NCBI RefSeq assembly: GCF_900105015.1
Contig: NZ_FNLK01000013.1
Span: forward strand, 1-20,964
DNA: 20,964 bases
Direction of reading: 5' to 3'
DNA from: Schaalia meyeri
GTDB lineage: Bacteria > Actinomycetota > Actinomycetes > Actinomycetales > Actinomycetaceae
This document shows positions 1 through 9,550 of this stretch, piece by piece (the first letter of the stretch is position 1; each line of letters begins with the position of its first letter). The translations under genes were made by a program, and so were the position numbers. The notes under the pieces were generated by a model, which saw nothing but the letters and a program-made list of their open reading frames with translations, searched no databases and was not told the DNA's origin.

Positions 1-3205
<3,205 letters not shown>

Positions 3206-3447
3206 CAAAAACAAAACGTCAAAGCCCAGAAAAACCCACCACACAAAAAGGGCAGGCAATCCCAACCAAAAACACTCAAAAACAAAAAACAGGCATAAAA
3301 ACAAACAAACACACTATCGAGTTCACAAACAACACCCACACAATCAAAAACACGCACCACAAGCACGCATCCCCAAAAGGCAAGACCACACCAAACACCA
3401 GAAACCAGACCCACAGCCCAGCACCACCATTCGGCGCAACGGAGAAA
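3206..3447 (-). other. rRNA operon leader (5' external transcribed spacer)
   Basis: Lies between the candidate promoter at 3448-3477 and the 16S 5' end. It has the same extreme A/C (plus-strand) composition as the ITS. ORFs predicted here are low-complexity artefacts. Confidence 0.6.
3302..3333 (-). promoter_or_regulatory. BoxA-like antitermination / leader box of the rrn operon
   Basis: The reverse complement reads GTTGTTTGTGAACTCGATAGTGTGTTTGTTTG. From memory it closely resembles the conserved actinobacterial (e.g. mycobacterial) leader sequence TTGTTTGAGAACTCAATAGTGTGTTTGG. It is repeated in diverged form in the ITS (1295-1329). Confidence 0.5.
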
Positions 3448-3477
3448 ACAATACCCACCCCACAACCCCGCCGTCAA
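3448..3477 (-). promoter_or_regulatory. Candidate rrn promoter (TTGACG - 18 nt - TATTGT)
   Basis: On the minus strand, TTGACG occupies 3477-3472 and TATTGT occupies 3453-3448, with an 18-nt spacer. This would give a leader of about 235 nt. The call rests on hexamer match only, and further promoters upstream (3480-3700) are possible. Confidence 0.3.
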
Positions 3478-3691
3478 ATCGAAATCGCACAACCCCCTCA
3501 GGCCTGCAATTCGTTGAATTTCCGCCATTCACCTACCCATTGAGCACATCGGGACGGCCCCAATGCCCCAATTTTATGACGCAGGACACATAAGTCCGGC
3601 CGCAACGTGTCCCAGGTCTCCACCAAAGCCCAAAGAAACCCATCATCATTAGGATTAACAGACCGTAGCGAGCTCCTCCATTAAGCAACTC

Positions 3692-3721
3692 TTTACCGAC
3701 CCTTGACCGACGGGTTATACT
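3692..3721 (+). promoter_or_regulatory. Candidate promoter of the symporter gene (TTTACC - 18 nt - TATACT)
   Basis: TTTACC at 3692-3697 and TATACT at 3716-3721. The better-looking TTGACC at 3703-3708 is only 7 nt from the -10 and so cannot serve as a -35. The call rests on hexamer match only. Confidence 0.35.
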
Positions 3722-3769
3722 CAGGTCGCCAGTGTGGCCCCGCCACATCCGTCGATTCTAGGGAAGCCC

Positions 3770-5263
3770 ATGATCGCTACCATTTTGAGCTCGATCTCCG
3801 ACGTCATGTACACGTACGTCCTGGTCGCGCTCCTGATTGCAGTCGGCCTGTACTTCTTTATTCGTACGCGCGCGCTCCCGCTGCGCATGTTCGGGGAAGC
3901 AGTGCGCGTCGTTACCGAACCTCCGCACGAGGAAGGCGAGGTTTCCTCCTTCCGCGCCCTGATGGTTTCCACGGCCTCGCGCGTGGGGGTCGGCAACATC
4001 GCCGGCGTCGCAACGGCTGTGTCGCTGGGCGGCGCAGGATCCGTGTTCTGGATGTGGGTCATCGCGACGCTGGGCGGCGCGTCGGCCTTCATTGAGTCCA
4101 CGCTGGCACAGATCTACAAGAAACGCGGTCCTCACCACTCCTACGGTGGTCCCGCCTACTACATTCACACGGCGCTCAAGTGGAACTGGTTGGCCACGCT
4201 GTTTGCGATCGTCCTGATTGTCACCTACATGGGCGGCTTCAACCTGCTCGCCTCGTTTAACGTTGCCGACGCGTTCGGGCAGTACAGCTGGGCCAACGAC
4301 TGGACGCCCCGGATCGTGGGTGGCATTCTCGCGATCCTGATGGCCGTATCGATCTTCGGTGGCACGCGTCGCCTCACGGATGTCACAGGCTTCCTCGTTC
4401 CGATCATGGCGATCATCTACCTGGGCGTTGGACTAATCGTCATCGCCCTGAACTACCGCAACATTCCCACCATGTTCGCGGCGATCTTCTCCGGCGCATT
4501 CGATTTTTACGCGATGTTTGGCGGTTTCGCCGGTTCCGCGATGATGTACGGCATCAAGCGTGGCCTGTACTCGAACGAGGCTGGCGTTGGTTCCGCCCCG
4601 AACGCCGCCGCCTCGGCGTCGGTGTCGCACCCCACGAAGCAGGGCCTCGTTCAGATGCTGTCGGTCTTCATCGACACGATGATCATCTGCACGTTTACCG
4701 CCTTCGTGGTTCTGTCATCCGGCGTCGGATCGGGCCACGGCGTGACAGGCGCTCCGCTGGTCAAGGACGCGATGGCGACGGTCCTGGGACAGCCCATCGC
4801 GCAGGTTTTTATTTCGGTCGCGCTCTTCCTCTTCGCGTTCACGACCCTGGTGGGCAACTTCTACTACGCCGAAGTCAACTTCCGCTTCCTGCTGCGCAAC
4901 ATCCACTTGAAACACTGGATGCTCACCGCGTTCCGCGCCGTGGCCGCCGTGCTCGTGTTCGCCGGGGCCCTGCTGAAGTTCGAGGTTGCATGGAGCCTGG
5001 GCGACATCCTGATGGGCCTCATGGCCCTCATCAACCTGCCGGTGATCGTCGTCCTGGGACGCCAGGCCATCGACTGCATGAACGACTATTCGGCTCAGCG
5101 AAGGGCCGGACTGGAGCCCCACTTCAGGGCCTCCTCAATCGGCCTGAATCCCGCCGAGCTTGACTTCTGGCGCGACGACGCCCCGGATACCGCCGATGCC
5201 TCGGTAACCGAAGCCGCCGACTCCTCGGAGGACGCCGACCGCGCCACCCCGGTACCCGTGTAA
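3770..5263 (+). CDS. Alanine/glycine:cation (Na+/H+) symporter, AGCS family, 497 aa
   Basis: The multi-pass hydrophobic protein carries the family-typical RGLYSNEAGVGSAPNAAASA motif and the N-terminal IATILSSISDVMYTYVLVALLIAVGLYFFIRTRALPLRMF segment. I prefer the ATG at 3770 (GGGAAG SD at 3761-3766) over the ORF-track GTG at 3734, which adds 12 non-conserved-looking residues. Stop is TAA at 5261-5263. Confidence 0.9.
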   Translation: MIATILSSISDVMYTYVLVALLIAVGLYFFIRTRALPLRMFGEAVRVVTEPPHEEGEVSSFRALMVSTASRVGVGNIAGVATAVSLGGAGSVFWMWVIATLGGASAFIESTLAQIYKKRGPHHSYGGPAYYIHTALKWNWLATLFAIVLIVTYMGGFNLLASFNVADAFGQYSWANDWTPRIVGGILAILMAVSIFGGTRRLTDVTGFLVPIMAIIYLGVGLIVIALNYRNIPTMFAAIFSGAFDFYAMFGGFAGSAMMYGIKRGLYSNEAGVGSAPNAAASASVSHPTKQGLVQMLSVFIDTMIICTFTAFVVLSSGVGSGHGVTGAPLVKDAMATVLGQPIAQVFISVALFLFAFTTLVGNFYYAEVNFRFLLRNIHLKHWMLTAFRAVAAVLVFAGALLKFEVAWSLGDILMGLMALINLPVIVVLGRQAIDCMNDYSAQRRAGLEPHFRASSIGLNPAELDFWRDDAPDTADASVTEAADSSEDADRATPVPV

Positions 5264-5287
5264 GGAAACGGCGACGTGTTAGGAAGC

Positions 5288-5317
5288 CCCGGCCTCGTCC
5301 AAACAGACGAGGCCGGG
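5288..5317. terminator. Bidirectional terminator hairpin between convergent genes
   Basis: Perfect 12-bp stem: CCCGGCCTCGTC (5288-5299) pairs with GACGAGGCCGGG (5306-5317), with a 6-nt loop CAAACA. It is followed by TTCTT on the plus strand. It sits in the 73-nt gap between the symporter stop (5263) and the MDR stop (5337). Confidence 0.6.
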
Positions 5318-5336
5318 TTCTTGCGCGAGCAAGAGC

Positions 5337-6935
5337 TCACTTTGTGGCCAGCAGCGCCTCCTCGGCCTCCTTGGTCCACAGCCCGTCCTTCATGGCGGCC
5401 GCGACCTGCGGGAACTGCTCGGGCAGCTCGGACAGCGGGGTCAAACCCAGGTCGTGCAGGGACGGGAAGACCATGATCTTGCCGCCCGACGTGCGGTTGA
5501 TAACCGCGTTGATGGCGTCACCAAAACCCGCCATGCCGGTGACCGCATACAGCGAGATCGACGTGTCGATGATGCCCTCCTCGATCTTGTGCAGCACCGT
5601 GCGCATATCGGAGACGTCGGAGCCGGAGGTGCCCAGCATAAAGATGCGGCGCGCGATAATGCCCTGCAGGTCGAAGTCCCCGAAGGTACCCGCAGGGATA
5701 CCGGCGAAGGCGTTGATGATTGCGCCGGGGGCCGCCAGGTCCACCGCGCCGGCGACCAGCGCCGGGACAGGCACCAGGCACGTGATGTGCGTGTATCCGT
5801 ATTCGAGGGGCGTCACGGAGGTGTTGATGATCTCCAGGGGCACACCCTCGCGTTCGGCGACCGGGCCGACGACGGCCTTCAGGCCCGCCAGGCGTTCATC
5901 CGACAGGTCCGTACCCACGACGCTGATGCCGGGAACGCCCGAGGTCACGGCGCGCATCGTGTGCATCTGCCCCATCGGGCCGGCGGCGCCCACGATGGCG
6001 ATCGTGTCGCCCGCGCGCAGGTCGCCCGTGGCGGGAACCCACGAGTAGCCCTCGGCCGGATCATCCCCAGTGGTGCCCACGAAGCGGATGAAGTCGTAGT
6101 GCACGCGGCCGATATCCAGCGACACCTTGCGCTCGATGCGGCGCCCGCCCAGCACCACGTTGAGGACGCCGCGCGAGGCCAGCAGCTGCGCGATCTTCTC
6201 AATCACATCGGCGCGAGCGCCGAAGTAGATGATGTCATCGAAGGAGCCCTGGACCGAGTGCGCCTCATCCTCGCTGACCCGGGTAAGCGACGCCGGGGCG
6301 TGTGCGCTCGTCAGCGCGTCAACGTCCCCCTCCCCCACGACCAACAGCGCGCCGCCGTCGGCCAGGTGATCGCGTTCCTTCCACGCGTAGGAGCCCTCGA
6401 CGGTCGCCCACGGCTCGATGAGGCCGACGGCCGCGGCGGAAGGGGTATCGGACACGTGAATCAGGAACTCCTCGCCGTCGGGAGCCACGACGCAGCGCTC
6501 GTCAACGACCGTGTACTCCTGCAGGGCGCCGTCGAAGTTATAGCCGAAAGCGCCGTTCGACTTCGCGGTGCGCAGGTGCTTCCAGTCGGCCTGGACCAGC
6601 AGGCGGTCGCCGACCTGAAAGTGCGTGACGGCGTTCCCGACCGCGACCACGCGGACGACGGGCTCGTGGCCGGGGACAGTCGGGGCGCTGCCCGGGTGGT
6701 AGTTCGGGATCTCGGCGAGGGCGGCGGGGTCGATCCCCGATACGACCTGGCTCTTGCGCGGGTGCTTGTCGAACTGGTGGAGCAGCTTCGTGTCCGAGAA
6801 ACAGATGCCGCACGCCTCGACCTTGAGCAGCAGCTGGTGGTCCGAAATGGGATCCACGGGCTTGTCGGAAACGAGGCGGAACTGGTCGGCCCCCGTAATC
6901 TGGATGGCGTACTGGGTGGAGGGAACCTGGGTCAT
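5337..6935 (-). CDS. Zn-dependent MDR-family dehydrogenase (sorbitol/galactitol-1-P dehydrogenase-like), atypically long at 532 aa
   Basis: Contains a GroES-like catalytic domain with EACGICFSD (catalytic Zn Cys), GHEPVVRVVAVG and GDRLLV. An intact dinucleotide-binding motif, IAIVGAAGPMG, does not appear until about residue 315. I prefer the ATG at 6935, which has a GAAGGAG SD at 6943-6949. The ORF-track start at 6950 is a GTG lying within that SD. Confidence 0.85.
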   Translation of the reverse strand: MTQVPSTQYAIQITGADQFRLVSDKPVDPISDHQLLLKVEACGICFSDTKLLHQFDKHPRKSQVVSGIDPAALAEIPNYHPGSAPTVPGHEPVVRVVAVGNAVTHFQVGDRLLVQADWKHLRTAKSNGAFGYNFDGALQEYTVVDERCVVAPDGEEFLIHVSDTPSAAAVGLIEPWATVEGSYAWKERDHLADGGALLVVGEGDVDALTSAHAPASLTRVSEDEAHSVQGSFDDIIYFGARADVIEKIAQLLASRGVLNVVLGGRRIERKVSLDIGRVHYDFIRFVGTTGDDPAEGYSWVPATGDLRAGDTIAIVGAAGPMGQMHTMRAVTSGVPGISVVGTDLSDERLAGLKAVVGPVAEREGVPLEIINTSVTPLEYGYTHITCLVPVPALVAGAVDLAAPGAIINAFAGIPAGTFGDFDLQGIIARRIFMLGTSGSDVSDMRTVLHKIEEGIIDTSISLYAVTGMAGFGDAINAVINRTSGGKIMVFPSLHDLGLTPLSELPEQFPQVAAAMKDGLWTKEAEEALLATK

Positions 6936-7019
6936 GACTGACTCCTTCACTGGGAAAGGGGACGGGTGGAAGGCGAGGCCGAGGCCCAGACCGCGAGATC
7001 GGGGGCCGGCCTCTTCCGT

Positions 7020-8042
7020 TCACGAGAGCATCACCTGGCCGCCCGTGACGGGCACGGCCTGACCTGTCTCGTAGACCTGCTCGACAATGTAGAAGATCGC
7101 GCGCAGAACGTCGATGCCCTGCGCGCCGCGACGCATGGGGACCTTCGCCTCATAGAACTCTTTCACGTCGGCGACCGTCTTCGCACCGGGAACCTTCCCG
7201 GAGTTCAGGTACTGGACGAAGAGCCCGCGATCGGGATCGGACCACAGCGGCCCATCGTAGAAGTTTCCGGGGCAAATTGCGTTGACCTTCACGCCGTGGG
7301 CCACCATCTCCAGGGCAAAGGACTGCACCAGTCCGATGCCGCCGAATTTGCTGCCCGCGTAGGCGGCGTTCTTGTTCGAACCGACCAGGCCGGACTTGGA
7401 GTTGATCTGAATGATATCGCTCATCCACTGCGGGGCGGTCGAGTGCTGGCGGGCCAGCAGCTGCCCCAGGTGCTTGGTGACCAGGAAGAACGCCACGTAG
7501 TTGATGTCCGTGGAGAGGCGGAACGCAGCAGCATCCTGTTCCAGGACGGAACCCGCGCGCACGATTCCGGCGTTCGAGACGACCAGGTCGAGGCCGCCCG
7601 TGACTGCCTCGATCTCACGGGCCATCGCGGCAACCGAGTCCTCGTCGGCGACGTTGACCGTGATCGGGTGGGCGACGCCCTCGCCGCCGAGTTCCTGCGC
7701 CTTTGCCGCGGCCCCTTCACCGTTGAGGTCGGCAATGAACACGAAGCACCCGGCGTTGACCAATCCCCGGGCGATCTCCGCGCCGAAGCCCTGAGCTCCA
7801 CCCGTCACCAGCGCGACACGGCCGTTGATGGCGCGCTCGCCGGTGCGCGTGGCGCGAACCTCGTAGGTTTCCTCACCGACGCGCACAACGACGGGCAGTT
7901 CCGTCTCCTTCAGGGGGGCAGCGGGCGCCTCGGCCAGCGGGGCATCGAAGGTGAGGGTCGGTTCCTCCCGCGAGGGGGCCACGATCACCGGGCGCCCCAG
8001 GGCCTTCAGGAAGAGCCCGCGAACCTCGGGAGCGTTACTCAT
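7020..8042 (-). CDS. SDR-family oxidoreductase, sorbitol-6-phosphate 2-dehydrogenase (SrlD/GutD)-like, 340 aa with ~75-aa N-terminal extension
   Basis: The residues from GRVALVTGGAQGFG onward align by eye with E. coli SrlD along the whole core. Matching segments include IIQINSKSGLVGS, YAGSKFGGIGL, FYEAKVPMRRG and the C-terminal VTGGQVMLS. No in-frame start exists nearer the Rossmann motif. Confidence 0.9.
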   Translation of the reverse strand: MSNAPEVRGLFLKALGRPVIVAPSREEPTLTFDAPLAEAPAAPLKETELPVVVRVGEETYEVRATRTGERAINGRVALVTGGAQGFGAEIARGLVNAGCFVFIADLNGEGAAAKAQELGGEGVAHPITVNVADEDSVAAMAREIEAVTGGLDLVVSNAGIVRAGSVLEQDAAAFRLSTDINYVAFFLVTKHLGQLLARQHSTAPQWMSDIIQINSKSGLVGSNKNAAYAGSKFGGIGLVQSFALEMVAHGVKVNAICPGNFYDGPLWSDPDRGLFVQYLNSGKVPGAKTVADVKEFYEAKVPMRRGAQGIDVLRAIFYIVEQVYETGQAVPVTGGQVMLS

Positions 8043-8069
8043 GTTTTCTCTCTTTCTGTGCGCGATTCG

Positions 8070-9389
8070 TCAGTTGATCGATGTGGCTCGGGAGGCGACC
8101 TTTGCGGCGTCCTCGCCGTCCGCGATCGCCCTGCCCAGGGGCGCGTACTGCGCGATGCGCTCCGCGAGCGCATCGGGGCTCAGGCGACCCGTCCGACCCA
8201 GCAGGTGCAGGGCCGGATCCAGTGAGGACAGGGCCTCGTGCGCGACCAGCGCCCAGGTGGCCTCGTTGAGGTCGGCGAACTCCTGGCGGCGCAGCTCTTC
8301 GCACGTGAAGCGCTGGCGCGGCTGGTTGATATCGACACCCGAAATTTCGAGCATGCCGTGTGCCAACGCCAGCGCGTGGATCCGCTGAAGCTGCTCGGGC
8401 GTGTTGCGCGGCGGCATGTAGGTGACCGCGCGCAGCCCAATGTCTTCCATGTCCGCAAAAAGTTCGTCCAAGAAGTCGTCCTCGAACTTCTCGGCCTTCT
8501 TGTCTCCCGTCGGAGAGGCGGACACGTCGCCCAGGTAGGCGTAGGTGGCGATGGCGCCGATCGAGTCGGCGAAGGACACGACCTCGGCGGACGTGGGCAG
8601 CTCGTCGGTGGGTTGGATGTAGATGCGGTCCAGGTAGTTGGCCTTGAGGACTCCCAGCAGGTCGTACATCAGGTGCGGGTTGTCCGCGTCGGACATTACG
8701 TGCGCCAGCGAGTCCGGGATCCGCACCCCCATCGAGTCCAGGCCCTGGACCAGGGAAGGGCCGCGCCCGAAGCCGCGGATGAGAGCCGAGGCCATGGCCG
8801 CCAGCAGGTGACGCTCCGTGATGCCGCCCCCATTTGCGTACTGGGAGATGCCCACCATGTCTAGGCGCGGGTCGAAGGGCTCCAGGCCCAGGTCGGCGAG
8901 GATCCTGTTCGCCCTCTGGGCCATGGCAAGGGTGCGTTCCAACCGGGCCGCCCGCTTCGGTGCCAGCCACTGCGCGACCTTCTCACGCATCGGCGCGGGC
9001 ACGCCCTGGACCGTCATGTAGGCGACCCCCACGGAATCCGGGTTGTTGAGCTTGCGGTCACCAAGGGGCGTGCCCTGGCCGAAGCGGACGCGAATCTCGA
9101 AGCCGGTGACGGATCCCATGCCCAGGATGCGGGTCGCCTCGCTCATCTCGGCGGCGGCGGCGATGGAGTCGTGGTCGACGGAGCCGACGACCTTCAGACC
9201 CGCGCGTCGGGCGAGCAGCGCGGCGTGCGTGGGCGTGTAGGGGCTGAACGAGAAGCACGTGTGGATGTGGTTGTTCGACTCGGGCACCCACGATGGAAAG
9301 TGCTCGCGATCCGCGGTGGCGCGCAGCGCCTCAATGCGCTGAGCTGGCGTTAAGGCGGGGTCGTTGGTGATGTCCATGGGTTCTTCCAT
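8070..9389 (-). CDS. PHP (polymerase/histidinol-phosphatase) superfamily metal-dependent phosphoesterase, ~439 aa
   Basis: N-terminal NNHIHTCFS (HxH) and GSVDHDS motifs are typical of PHP domains. The start is placed at the ATG at 9389 (MEEPMDITND...); the ATG at 9377 is an equally plausible alternative. The first 91 codons of the ORF-track entry (to 9662) overlap the upstream E1 gene and the hairpin region, are Pro/Arg-rich, and are rejected. Confidence 0.8.
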   Translation of the reverse strand: MEEPMDITNDPALTPAQRIEALRATADREHFPSWVPESNNHIHTCFSFSPYTPTHAALLARRAGLKVVGSVDHDSIAAAAEMSEATRILGMGSVTGFEIRVRFGQGTPLGDRKLNNPDSVGVAYMTVQGVPAPMREKVAQWLAPKRAARLERTLAMAQRANRILADLGLEPFDPRLDMVGISQYANGGGITERHLLAAMASALIRGFGRGPSLVQGLDSMGVRIPDSLAHVMSDADNPHLMYDLLGVLKANYLDRIYIQPTDELPTSAEVVSFADSIGAIATYAYLGDVSASPTGDKKAEKFEDDFLDELFADMEDIGLRAVTYMPPRNTPEQLQRIHALALAHGMLEISGVDINQPRQRFTCEELRRQEFADLNEATWALVAHEALSSLDPALHLLGRTGRLSPDALAERIAQYAPLGRAIADGEDAAKVASRATSIN

Positions 9390-9433
9390 CTCTTCGTTGG
9401 GTGGAGAAAAACGTTGGTCGATCGTGTGGGGGG

Positions 9434-9480
9434 GGCGAGGCCGGGGCACAGGTGAGGAGGAGGTTCGCCCCGGCCTCGCC
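9434..9480 (-). terminator. GC-rich hairpin, perfect 14-bp stem (second hairpin downstream of the E1 gene)
   Basis: GGCGAGGCCGGGGC (9434-9447) pairs with GCCCCGGCCTCGCC (9467-9480), with a 19-nt loop. There is no U-tract immediately after it on the minus strand; TTTTT lies ~20 nt further on. This is a tail-less hairpin, so its terminator activity is uncertain. Confidence 0.45.
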
Positions 9481-9510
9481 GGGCTCGCGTCAGGGGTGCG
9501 AGCCGGGAGT

Positions 9511-9544
9511 GGGGGCGGGCCGGAAAGGGGAACGGCCCGCCCCC
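9511..9544 (-). terminator. GC-rich hairpin, perfect 12-bp stem, 6 nt after the E1 stop codon
   Basis: GGGGGCGGGCCG (9511-9522) pairs with CGGCCCGCCCCC (9533-9544), with a 10-nt loop. The TGA of the E1 gene is at 9551-9553 on the minus strand. No U-tail is present. Confidence 0.5.
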
Positions 9545-9550
9545 AAGGCA

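Noticed and set aside
3533-3748. 71-aa minus-strand ORF upstream of the rRNA operon
   Set aside because: It overlaps the divergent promoter region and the symporter start, has no SD, and gives an unconvincing W/G/R-rich translation.
5454-6941. 495-aa plus-strand ORF (also 5344-6048, 6966-8225, 12394-13503, 13379-14812, 13710-15542, 17122-18135, 18952-20535)
   Set aside because: All of these are antisense shadows of the MDR, SDR, Lpd, E2/DeoR, kinase and FucI genes. They are Arg/Gly/Ala/Asp-rich, have no conserved motifs, and several span real gene boundaries.
8035-8970. 311-aa minus-strand ORF in an alternative frame of the PHP gene (also 6538-7023, 7421-7801, 10140-10532, 17438-17914, 19901-20344 and others)
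   Set aside because: These are same-strand, out-of-frame ORFs with R/P/G-rich translations. They are nested in genes whose primary frame carries clear family motifs.
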